Origin: Acaryochloris marina MBIC11017 | GTDB lineage: Bacteria; Cyanobacteriota; Cyanobacteriia; Thermosynechococcales; Thermosynechococcaceae | NCBI RefSeq assembly: GCF_000018105.1 | Contig: NC_009927.1 | Location: 270,001 to 302,000 of the forward strand | Length of the DNA stretch: 32,000 nt | Direction: 5' to 3' | In this document: one piece after another, positions 15,282 through 23,865 of the stretch | Layout: each line of letters begins with the position of its first letter | Position numbering within the stretch: the first letter of the stretch is position 1 | Notes under the pieces: model-generated | The model's database searches: none | Seen by the model: the letters and a program-made list of their open reading frames with translations, nothing else | What the model was told of the DNA's origin: nothing | Made by a program: the position numbers and the translations under genes

Positions 15282-16936
15282 TGAGTAAAAATTATGGGGT
15301 AGATATCCCGGAAGTCAAACTCATCACCTTCCCCACGACGGAAGCGGATCAAGCACCGTCTCCAAAATCCATCCGTCGAGGCAGACCGACACAGATTCCC
15401 ACTCCGATGGATATCCGCTGGCCGATGGTTCAGGAGTTCCTACGTAACAGCAATTTATCCCCCAATTCTCAAAAGCTCTATGAACGGGAGCTTAAACGGT
15501 TCTTGGGCTGGACCCATTTTCGATGGTCGGATCTGACGCTTCGGCATCTGGGCCAATACAAAGTCTACCTGATGGAGCTAAAGGTCGCTGAAGGAAAGAC
15601 GCTCTCCAAAAACAGTCTCAATAGTGCCTTAACGGCCCTCAAGAGCTTCTTCAAATGGCTGACCCAGTTTCACCCGGAGCTATGCCCGACCAATCCCACC
15701 AAAGGGGTGAAGTTTGAGAAGGTGCCTTTGCCCCCGGCCCAGAATTTGACCCCGGAGGAGATGACGCGAGTCTGGGATGCGATCACACAGCGGGAACAGA
15801 CCCAACTGAGAGACCTGGCCCTAGTGCAGTTGCTCAGTCATAACCTTCGAGCGGGGGAAGTAGTAACCGCCAATGTGGGGTCTTTTGATGGCCGATTGAT
15901 TAGTATTACCAAAACCAAGAATAACCAACCTCGACTCGTGCCCCTTTCAACGGAAGGGCAGCAGGTGGTTCAGGAGTATCTAGATTGGCGAAAGGATCAA
16001 CAAGGGGAAGCGTTATCGGCTGAGTCTCCGTTGATTCTGTCCCACCACCAGGGCTGGGAAGGGCAACGCCTGAGTTATCACGGGGTCTATTTTGCTGTGG
16101 AGGATATCGGCAGATTAGCTGAACTCCCCGATCTTCACCCCCATCAGTTTCGACATACAAGTGCGACTGAATATTTGCGAATGGGGTTAGACCCGGCTCA
16201 TGCCCGACGATTAACAGGGCATACGGATGAGCGGTCCTTTCGACGGTATACGGTGGCAGCAGAACAAGAGGCTGCGATCACTGCGTTTTACCGGGCGGAA
16301 AAGGAGGGGCAACCTTTAGTCTTTGCCCAGTCGTTGGACCGGAAGCAGCGTCAATTGCTGGAGGCACTAGCAGAGATGACGGGGAAGCCTCCCCTGTACC
16401 AAGATGATTTGGATGAAGGGATCATTGATTTTGCTCAGCTCTGGCAGGAAAACTTACAGGAACTTGAGCTATTAGTGGCTGATGTGCGGGCTTTGCCAGA
16501 AAAGCTGGGACTGAGAGGTTTTGTGAAAAATGAGCGGCAGTCGACATCGCTAGAAGAACGGGTCCTGCGTGGCGAAATACCGACCAATGAGGTGCTTCAG
16601 TTAGATCCTGTCGTCGAAGAGCCTTCGGACTGTCCCCAGGTAAGGTCTGTGGAGAGTTCTCATCAAGTCATTCATTTGGGTATGAAGCTCTGGGTTAATG
16701 GGAAGAAAAAAGGCAAAGTTAGGAAAGCGATTGAGGAGCGGGTACTCGAACAGTTTCAGATGGTCAAGCGGAAACCGCGAGGAAATGAATACCAGCTAAC
16801 GGTTGAGGTTGAGGAAGACGATGACTTGCCAGCGATCCTCTCTCAGATGAAGTGGGAGATGGAGGTTCTGGGAGAGTTGGATGAATGTTTGGTTGAAGTA
16901 AAGCTCAATGACGAAGCCAAGAAGGGTAAACCCTAA
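15278..16936 (+). CDS. tyrosine recombinase/integrase with ~200-aa C-terminal extension
   Basis: 552 aa. The core-binding-like N-terminus has SPNSQKLYERELKRFLGW. Catalytic residues are NLRAGEV (Arg), HPHQFRHTSAT and GHTDERSFRRY. Residues ~350-552 have no recognisable domain. The start overlaps the yhaV stop (ATGA) and the stop overlaps the WD40 start (TAATG). Confidence 0.85.
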   Translation: MMSKNYGVDIPEVKLITFPTTEADQAPSPKSIRRGRPTQIPTPMDIRWPMVQEFLRNSNLSPNSQKLYERELKRFLGWTHFRWSDLTLRHLGQYKVYLMELKVAEGKTLSKNSLNSALTALKSFFKWLTQFHPELCPTNPTKGVKFEKVPLPPAQNLTPEEMTRVWDAITQREQTQLRDLALVQLLSHNLRAGEVVTANVGSFDGRLISITKTKNNQPRLVPLSTEGQQVVQEYLDWRKDQQGEALSAESPLILSHHQGWEGQRLSYHGVYFAVEDIGRLAELPDLHPHQFRHTSATEYLRMGLDPAHARRLTGHTDERSFRRYTVAAEQEAAITAFYRAEKEGQPLVFAQSLDRKQRQLLEALAEMTGKPPLYQDDLDEGIIDFAQLWQENLQELELLVADVRALPEKLGLRGFVKNERQSTSLEERVLRGEIPTNEVLQLDPVVEEPSDCPQVRSVESSHQVIHLGMKLWVNGKKKGKVRKAIEERVLEQFQMVKRKPRGNEYQLTVEVEEDDDLPAILSQMKWEMEVLGELDECLVEVKLNDEAKKGKP

Positions 16937-17829
16937 TGCACATTGTCTCTGGACATCTAGATTGTGTCTCTGGTATTAGTGTTAGCCCTGATGGTCAAAC
17001 CCTCTTCTCTGCATCCTGGGACAAGACTCTGAAGATTTGGGAGCTGGCAACGGGTCGGGAGCTGAGTATACTCTCTGGACATACTGACTTCGTTTCTGAT
17101 GTGATGATCAGCCCTAATGCTCAGACTCTGGTCTCTGCATCTTGGGATATGACTTTGAAGGTCTGGGAGTTGGAGACAGGCAAGGTAAGGCACACCCTTA
17201 CTGGGCATACTGACTTCGTCAATGGCATCAGCATCAGCCCTGATAGTCAAATCCTCGTCTCCACGTCTTGGGATGGGACATTAAAGGTTTGGGAGCTAGA
17301 GACGGGCAAGGAGCTGCATACCCTCAATGGTCACACTTTTTCAGTCCATAGCGTCAGTATCAGCCCCGATGGTCAGACTCTCGTTTCAGCATCTAGTGAC
17401 AAGACCTTAAGGGTTTGGGAGCTAGCAACAGGCCGGGAGCTGGGCATCCTCAAGGGTCATTCTGACTCTGTATCTGATGTGAAGATCAGCTCTGATGGCC
17501 AGACCCTCATCTCTTCATCTAGTGACAACAGCCTTAAGATTTGGGAGTTAGCAACAGGTCGTGAGTTGGGTATTCTCAATGGACATACTGACTCTGTCAT
17601 TGGCATCAGCATCAGTCCCAATGCTCAAACCCTCGTCTCTACATCTTTGGATAAGACCCTCAAAGTCTGGGATCTGCAGACGGGTAAAGAAGTAATGAGT
17701 TTTTCTGGCGAAAGTGCATTTAGTTGTTGTGAGATCGCCCTGGATGGTCACACAGTTGTTGCTGGAGATTTTGATGGAAAACTTTACTTTTTTTCTCTAG
17801 AAGATCTAAGTTTTTCCGATGAGCACTAG
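16936..17829 (+). CDS. stand-alone WD40 beta-propeller protein (about 7 repeats)
   Basis: 297 aa made almost entirely of 42-aa units of the form GHTDxVxxxxISPDGQTLVSASxDKTLKVWELxTGxEL. There is no N-terminal domain; the protein begins inside the first repeat. Confidence 0.92.
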   Translation: MHIVSGHLDCVSGISVSPDGQTLFSASWDKTLKIWELATGRELSILSGHTDFVSDVMISPNAQTLVSASWDMTLKVWELETGKVRHTLTGHTDFVNGISISPDSQILVSTSWDGTLKVWELETGKELHTLNGHTFSVHSVSISPDGQTLVSASSDKTLRVWELATGRELGILKGHSDSVSDVKISSDGQTLISSSSDNSLKIWELATGRELGILNGHTDSVIGISISPNAQTLVSTSLDKTLKVWDLQTGKEVMSFSGESAFSCCEIALDGHTVVAGDFDGKLYFFSLEDLSFSDEH

Positions 17830-18168
17830 AGCACTTAAACTCCGTCCTAGTATGCATTCCAGAGATAAAGGTGTTATCTTTTCGTGTAAGTTTTTGGGTA
17901 ATGCAGATAAGAGGGATTATTTGGAGTAGAAATAACTACTAAAATACCCTTGCTGCTATAAGAAGGTTTTTGAAACGTGGTTTTGAGATTATGGAGGAAG
18001 GAAGGATGTTCTGTAACTCGGGTTTTGAACATTAAAAGGCAATAGTTTAGGTCAACAGAATAAAAACCCGAAGCCCTTTATAACTATTTTAGTTTGTATC
18101 GCTTGAATGACATACAGGGAATGGATTTCAGTTTAATCAACCTCTAAAATAAAAACTGAAATGAGTTG

Positions 18169-21100
18169 CTAGGGACAACTAACTACATTCGTAAAGGGAC
18201 TAGAAGGAGTTCCAGGAGGAACCAACGTGCCATCGAAGCTGAAGATTGCATTATTATTGTCAAGACTGACAGTTGTTAAACTTTCCACCTGGAAAGGACT
18301 CCTCGCAGAGATTAGATTAAAATCTAACCCTCCTGCCATTGCAACGTTGGGATTATCACTACGATTGCCAGAAATAGCAGCACAGATGGGATTAACATCA
18401 TAATTTCCTATCCGTAAACTATCCTGTCTTGCTTGAATCCGTACACTGTCCCGCCCTGCTTGAAGGATTTTATTATTAGAAATAGTAGCGGATTGGATGG
18501 CTCCATTGCCAACAGGCCTTACTAAGATACCGTCAGCATTTTTCCCTGACGTCGAAACCGTGTTTCCAGAGATAGTCGCTTTATTGATAGTGCTGTCTAT
18601 GTATGGCTGGACCCTAATACCAGCAGCATTGAATCTATCCGTTGAGACAGTGTTACCTGAAATAGTCGCAACGGTGATTGTACCGTTTTGGGAAGGTTGA
18701 ACGTTAATGCCATAGGCAAGTCCAGTTGTCGAGACGGTATTTCCAGAGATGATCGCAGTGGATATAACGCTATTAGTAGTAGGCCTGATATTAATACTGG
18801 CAGTTGTACTAGGAATAGTAAAGAAAGGTCTTAAAACCATATCATCAGAAATTAATCCAGCTGTTGAAATTTTATTTCCAGAGATGGTCGTGGTGGTAAT
18901 AGCACTGTTATAGCCGGGTCGGAGCAAGATCCCATCAGCAATTCCAGTAGTCGAGACAGTATTTTCAGAGATGCTTGCGGTAGTAATAGTACTTTTATTG
19001 AACGGCTCAACCAAAATGCCATAAGAAAAGATTCTATCCGTTGAGACGGTGTTTCCAGAGATAGTAGCAGTAGTGATGACACTGTTGTAGATAGGCCGAA
19101 CGGAAATACCCTGAGAGTTCAATCCTGCTGTTTCCACCGTATTTCCAGAGATGTTAGCGGATTGAATAGTACTATTATTGGAAGATTGAACCACGATGCC
19201 GTCAGATTGTACTCCATTTGTTTCAATCGTATTTCCAGAGATAGTAACGGATTGAATAGCACTATCATTCAAAGACTGAATCACAATGCCGTCAGTACTG
19301 ATCCCTGTTGTTTTAATTGTGTTTTCAGAGATGACTACACGGTCCAAATTGATGTTGGATAAGCTGAGAGAAATACCGTGAGATATACCTGGAGCAGCAG
19401 GATCAACAAATATAGGGTTCCTGGTAATCTGGTTATTAATAATTTCAGCAGAACCTGTTATGTTCTCTAATTTGATGCCTGGAGAAAAGTCTCTCCCGAT
19501 AACAATAATCTGATTGTTCTGCACCCTAACATTACGAACGTTACGGCCAAAGATGCCTCGATTGCCTGAAAAATCTACGTTGTTGGGTAAAGGGGCTATG
19601 TTTAAATTTGCGATGGTAGTATTATTTCCCAGCACCACTCCATCTCTTCCCGTGCGTTGGATGCGGCTCCCTGAGGTACCTACAATTCGAACTGAGCCTG
19701 TAGACGCACTAACATTGCTAATATCCACTCCTGCCATCGCAGGGTTATCAATATTAATCGCGTTATTGTCAAGATTGAGTGAGCCACTAATGCCATTGAT
19801 TGAGATGCCATTGGTAGTTGAATTTGTACTAGCAAGACTATTATCTATAACAGTCGCAGTAGTAATGTTGTTAGCTACTAATGCTGGGGCACCCGTTACC
19901 TGTACATCAAACCCTGAGAGCAGCGTGTTATTCCCCAAACTGACGGTACTAGTGATGCGAGGGAAGCTACTATCGCCAGAGAAGGGAAGTTGAACCTGGC
20001 CTAGCCTAAGAACACTCTCTGGCCGCAATGGGAATGAAATGGGGTTAACATCAATCTGCTGTACAGCTCCTCTTGAACGAACTTGTACCTTGTCAGGAAT
20101 CGTAAATCCTTCAATACCTGAATTTATCCCATTTGCTACATAAACGATGTCATTCCCATCCCCCCTTATCACTCCTAGTGCATCTTCCAAGCTAGGAAAT
20201 GGTGATTCAAAGGTGCCATCGCTATTGCCCAAACCTAAGTTGACATGGTGAAAAAACCATGGCTCTCCCGTGGTTGGGTTCATTGCTGCAACCGTTTGAG
20301 TCTCAGTTTCAAGAAGTTCTGTAGTGTTGGGGGTATCTACAATTATGCTGTTGTTGCGAATGACTGAATCACCCATTCGTGCCACAACATTGTTCGCTGG
20401 TGAAACTGGGCTTTGAGGCTGATTTACTGAGAGTGTAAAGGTGATATTTCCCAACACATGGGTGCCGAAAAAATCATCATGCTGAATTCCAATTCCACCA
20501 CTGATATTAGGAGTAGGTCGTACCTGTAAGCGCAACCGACCTCCAATCGTATTACCTCGAATACTGCTATGGAGAAAGTAAGGGCCTAGGTATGCTCGTA
20601 AATCACCTCCATTCTTAAAACTAAGGAGTTGTTTTCCAACTTCAAAGTCCACTCCGGCCAAGGCTTCTTCAAATTGACGCGTAATCAGACGTCGCCGCAG
20701 CAAGTCTAAAAGTAGAATATTCCCAGTAAATCGAGGGTCACCATTAAGTTGCAATACCTCAAAAATACGTTGCCTGGTTTGGCGGCGAGTACTGCCAACG
20801 GGCCAATACCCATTCAGGTGAAGGTCAACATCCTTTCCGAGACTCTCTATACCCAAGCTCAATTGCTGGAAGGTATTATTATCAGTGTTACGAATATCAA
20901 AACCTAGATGACCACCAAATATACGTTTTAGATCATCACTATACTGACGGAAGCCGAACAGAATATTTCCACCTGGGTTGCCCTGGTCATCTAGCAGGAG
21001 ACGGCCTTCGAAGAAGGTCAATGCTCGACCCGGCTTCTGCCAAACAGGAACAAAGGTTTCGAGGCGAGTGGTGGTGTTTGTACCACTGCTGGGGCTATTC

Positions 21101-21237
21101 GCGCCAATACCGAAGCGAGGCGAGAAGCGTAGGTCAGAGGCTTGAGTTGAAGGTTGAGGCTCAGCGATCGTAGGCAGGCTATAAAAAACAGTAAGGGTAA
21201 TCGCTGTGATGGCTATGCGATCGCAAAATAATGCCAT
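18169..21237 (-). CDS. inverse-autotransporter-like outer-membrane adhesin with parallel beta-helix repeat passenger
   Basis: 1022 aa with a signal-like N-terminus. Residues ~35-280 resemble the intimin/invasin beta-barrel domain (GANS...TRLETFVPVWQ..., GFDIRN..., LHLNGYWPVG). They are followed by more than 10 ISGNTVST.G... repeats typical of right-handed beta-helices. Confidence 0.7.
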   Translation of the reverse strand: MALFCDRIAITAITLTVFYSLPTIAEPQPSTQASDLRFSPRFGIGANSPSSGTNTTTRLETFVPVWQKPGRALTFFEGRLLLDDQGNPGGNILFGFRQYSDDLKRIFGGHLGFDIRNTDNNTFQQLSLGIESLGKDVDLHLNGYWPVGSTRRQTRQRIFEVLQLNGDPRFTGNILLLDLLRRRLITRQFEEALAGVDFEVGKQLLSFKNGGDLRAYLGPYFLHSSIRGNTIGGRLRLQVRPTPNISGGIGIQHDDFFGTHVLGNITFTLSVNQPQSPVSPANNVVARMGDSVIRNNSIIVDTPNTTELLETETQTVAAMNPTTGEPWFFHHVNLGLGNSDGTFESPFPSLEDALGVIRGDGNDIVYVANGINSGIEGFTIPDKVQVRSRGAVQQIDVNPISFPLRPESVLRLGQVQLPFSGDSSFPRITSTVSLGNNTLLSGFDVQVTGAPALVANNITTATVIDNSLASTNSTTNGISINGISGSLNLDNNAINIDNPAMAGVDISNVSASTGSVRIVGTSGSRIQRTGRDGVVLGNNTTIANLNIAPLPNNVDFSGNRGIFGRNVRNVRVQNNQIIVIGRDFSPGIKLENITGSAEIINNQITRNPIFVDPAAPGISHGISLSLSNINLDRVVISENTIKTTGISTDGIVIQSLNDSAIQSVTISGNTIETNGVQSDGIVVQSSNNSTIQSANISGNTVETAGLNSQGISVRPIYNSVITTATISGNTVSTDRIFSYGILVEPFNKSTITTASISENTVSTTGIADGILLRPGYNSAITTTTISGNKISTAGLISDDMVLRPFFTIPSTTASINIRPTTNSVISTAIISGNTVSTTGLAYGINVQPSQNGTITVATISGNTVSTDRFNAAGIRVQPYIDSTINKATISGNTVSTSGKNADGILVRPVGNGAIQSATISNNKILQAGRDSVRIQARQDSLRIGNYDVNPICAAISGNRSDNPNVAMAGGLDFNLISARSPFQVESLTTVSLDNNNAIFSFDGTLVPPGTPSSPFTNVVSCP

Positions 21238-21328
21238 AACTTAGCTCCTTAATTTTCAGGAAAGGAAATGGAACGATGCTGAGGGGAAATTATAATCTGA
21301 TAAATGATTTCGGATTTTGTGTGTAACC

Positions 21329-21434
21329 TACCTGAAATAGCTACTTTTTAGTTTAGTAGTTAGCGTTAATAAGGTCTTGATTAAGACAAATTATTAAGTA
21401 TTATCTTGTTGATATTTATTACCTGAAATAGCTA
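21329..21434. repeat. two exact copies of the 15-mer TACCTGAAATAGCTA, 91 bp apart, upstream of the adhesin gene
   Basis: Exact copies at 21329-21343 and 21420-21434. A related TACCTGAAATCGCCTA lies at 29019-29034. Confidence 0.5.
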
Positions 21435-21608
21435 ATTAACAGAGTGGCCAAATGTCATTAGATTAGAGTTTTGAGATAAATTAGGGAATTCTTTGAATTA
21501 TTAGATAACCCTAAATTAGCTAAAATAATTTGCACCTAATATAGGTCTGATGAAAGGTAAACTCCCATCTGTAAGAATTATCCAAAAATTCAAGAAACTA
21601 CAAGGCCC

Positions 21609-21733
21609 AAATCAACTGCCCTGCTGCAAGCAGACGGGGTATGGAATACGATTTGCTCCCAAACCGTAGATTTGAATTGCAATTCCATTTCTTCGCTGCA
21701 AGCAGCGGGGAATCTACCCTCACTAGATTGAAG
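21609..21733 (+). repeat. ~125-nt structured repeat, copy 1 (MITE or small RNA)
   Basis: About 95% identical by eye to the reverse complement of 26445-26567, and more distantly related to 29781-29899. It contains the hairpins CTGC...GCAG and GAATTGCAATTC. Confidence 0.7.
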
Positions 21734-22014
21734 GGCCGCTGACACCAGCTTCAATCAAACACTTTTAGGGGCTTGAAACGACGCAAATACGTTCGAGAAG
21801 AATCCAAATTATTACTAAAGGCTAAAGAAAATTGAGAAATACTAAGGCCTGAAGTCCTTTCTCTGTATAGCTTCTAGCTTTCGTTGCAGTTGGTATCAGC
21901 AACTCTTCAATTGGGCCAAAGTGATAAAAATGTTAGTGTCCTTATTTATTCGCCATGGACTGAGATAGCTGAAATGCTTTGATAATAGAGAATTCAGAGC
22001 ACTCCTTGATGAAC

Positions 22015-23864
22015 TGCGTATTCTCGTAACCTCGGGATCTAGTCCACTTTTGGTGATGCTTGAGAAAATGCACGCAAAGCTATAAGCAGCAACTACTTCA
22101 GCTCATAAGCACCAAGCGTTTATTCAAAAGGTCGAGACCAGCCCTCCCATACATTTGGCGCTTCACCATTTTCAATCGATTATTTTGTCCTTCAACCTGG
22201 CCATTACTCACTTCCAGTGTTAGGGCAGCTTTGACCGCTTCGTAGTCGTCTAGGAGCCCTTTCGCAAAACTCTGAAAAGGTTTCAGTGCACTATTTTTAG
22301 CTCTGTCCAACCACGGGTCTAGATGTTGAGGTAATCTCTTCCTGACGATGAAGAGCAAGCTTTGAGCCAGATCAATGGCTTTTGAGAGTTCAGGTTGACT
22401 ACTCAGCTGTTCCAAAATTGTCTCATCCTCTTCCGTTAGATTTTCCACCTTGCGCATCACCAACCAAGCCGCCCTCTGAACTGTCAAAGGCTTTTGGATG
22501 AGCTCTTGAGCCTCAGGAACAGGTCCTCTTCCTGGTAGCTCATTGAGGGAATCTCGTGGAGGCTGCGGGGGTAGAGACTGACGCAATTTGTGAGTGTAGC
22601 GAACGACCATCGTATAACTGCCCTTGAAGCCCTGCTGCTGAATCTCTGCTAATAATTGTTTGGAATTCTGACGACCTTTATTCCATTGTTCAAGCAGGTA
22701 GGCTTTGTAAGGGTTAAGACCACTCCATCCTCGTCGGGGATGGGTTTTATACTCTTGAAATGTATCAGCAGCTAGGTAGGTATACACAGTGCGTTTGCCA
22801 ATCCCCAGATGATGAGCAATATCTTTGATCAGGTAACCTTGCTTGCGTAAAGCATGAGTCTGCTCGTATTTTTCCAATCTTCGAGCCCGATTTTGAGCCT
22901 TACGAGAATTAGGATCAACTTGAGGTTTCACCACAGGCTGGCTCATTGCTTCTGTGTCTTGATGCTCAGCAAGTGTAGCTTTCAGCAGGGTGTACTCGAC
23001 TGTCTTGATTACTTGGGAATGAGAGCTAAACACGTTTTCTAGAATTTCTTCAAGGTTCTGGAGTAGATGAAAGCGGTCTGCAACCTGCAATGCATCAGGT
23101 GCCCCTTCACTTGCTCCTGATTTATATGCCTTGGAGCGATCACGAGAAATGACTTCGACACCAGGGTGCTCGTTCAACCAATCTGCTAACGTGTCTGCTT
23201 TGCGATCTGTTAACAAGACAATAGGTTGATGCTTTTCAAGGTCCACAAGAATGGTGCCATATTCATGGCCTCTGCGAAGTGCAAAATCATCCACCCCTAA
23301 TATTTTGGGCGTTGTCACTGAGGGAAGTGGAAGCTTGAAGAGGGCTCTCAACATAGTATTGCGACTACTTCCATAATTGATTTGATAACTCAGCCGGGCT
23401 GCAGCTGCACCACCAAGGGCCAAGCCAATCGAACTAAGGTGTTCTGCAAAGCGAACTGTCCTCCGAGCCCAAGGAACCGCGACCTGGGGTAATCGCTCAG
23501 TAAAAATGCGACGCTTACAAGTTTTATTGGAACAGAAGAACTTGCAAACTTGAAGCAGAATAGTCAGACAGAATTCCACACAGGGAAGATCTCTCAAGGT
23601 CCGCTCATAGCGACTGTGAACCCGGTGTGATGTTTGATGGCAGACTGGGCAACAAGCCAAAGCTTGAGTTGAAGAAACATGGAAGGTCATCTGATGGTTT
23701 GTGGAGTCAAGATCCCAACTGTCCAAGTGAAGGGTGTCTTGGCACGGAAGGAATTGTTGGAAGAGTTCCATAACCAGACCTGGCAAGGGTTTACTCCTCT
23801 ATCCTCTACCGCATAGTTGGCATCACCAAAAGAGGACAAGAGCCCGAAGCTATGCAAATACGCA
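22015..23864 (-). mobile_element. ISL3-family insertion sequence (~1.85 kb)
   Basis: 45-nt imperfect terminal inverted repeats (37/45 match): TGCGTATTCTCGTAACCTCGGGATCTAGTCCACTTTTGGTGATGC at 22015-22059 versus the inverse of 23820-23864. They enclose a single transposase gene. No clear 8-bp target duplication. Confidence 0.85.
22098..23786 (-). CDS. ISL3-family transposase
   Basis: 562 aa. The N-terminal zinc finger is CPVCHQTSHRVHSRYERTLRDLP. The DDE region has GVDDFALRRGHEYGTILVDLE...LLTDR...EVISRDRSKAY...QVADRFHLLQN. The C-terminus reads SNGQVEGQNNRLKMVKRQMYGRAGLDLL. Confidence 0.92.
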   Translation of the reverse strand: MPGLVMELFQQFLPCQDTLHLDSWDLDSTNHQMTFHVSSTQALACCPVCHQTSHRVHSRYERTLRDLPCVEFCLTILLQVCKFFCSNKTCKRRIFTERLPQVAVPWARRTVRFAEHLSSIGLALGGAAAARLSYQINYGSSRNTMLRALFKLPLPSVTTPKILGVDDFALRRGHEYGTILVDLEKHQPIVLLTDRKADTLADWLNEHPGVEVISRDRSKAYKSGASEGAPDALQVADRFHLLQNLEEILENVFSSHSQVIKTVEYTLLKATLAEHQDTEAMSQPVVKPQVDPNSRKAQNRARRLEKYEQTHALRKQGYLIKDIAHHLGIGKRTVYTYLAADTFQEYKTHPRRGWSGLNPYKAYLLEQWNKGRQNSKQLLAEIQQQGFKGSYTMVVRYTHKLRQSLPPQPPRDSLNELPGRGPVPEAQELIQKPLTVQRAAWLVMRKVENLTEEDETILEQLSSQPELSKAIDLAQSLLFIVRKRLPQHLDPWLDRAKNSALKPFQSFAKGLLDDYEAVKAALTLEVSNGQVEGQNNRLKMVKRQMYGRAGLDLLNKRLVLMS

Positions 23865-23865
23865 T

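Noticed and set aside
15906-17751. Antisense ORFs 15906-16160, 16957-17250 and 17548-17751
   Set aside because: They lie opposite the recombinase and WD40 genes. The WD40 antisense ORFs simply mirror the repeat periodicity.
18497-19993. Four ORFs inside the adhesin gene: 18497-18700(+), 18852-19082(-), 19162-19362(+) and 19514-19993(+)
   Set aside because: Three are antisense and 18852-19082 is an out-of-frame same-strand ORF. All are shadows of the repetitive beta-helix coding region.
21651-21755. 34-codon ORF (MEYDLLPNRRFELQFHFFAASSGESTLTRLKGR) inside repeat copy 1
   Set aside because: In copy 2 all differences are non-synonymous and the C-terminus changes, and copy 3 is truncated after 12 codons. 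The pattern fits structural rather than coding conservation.
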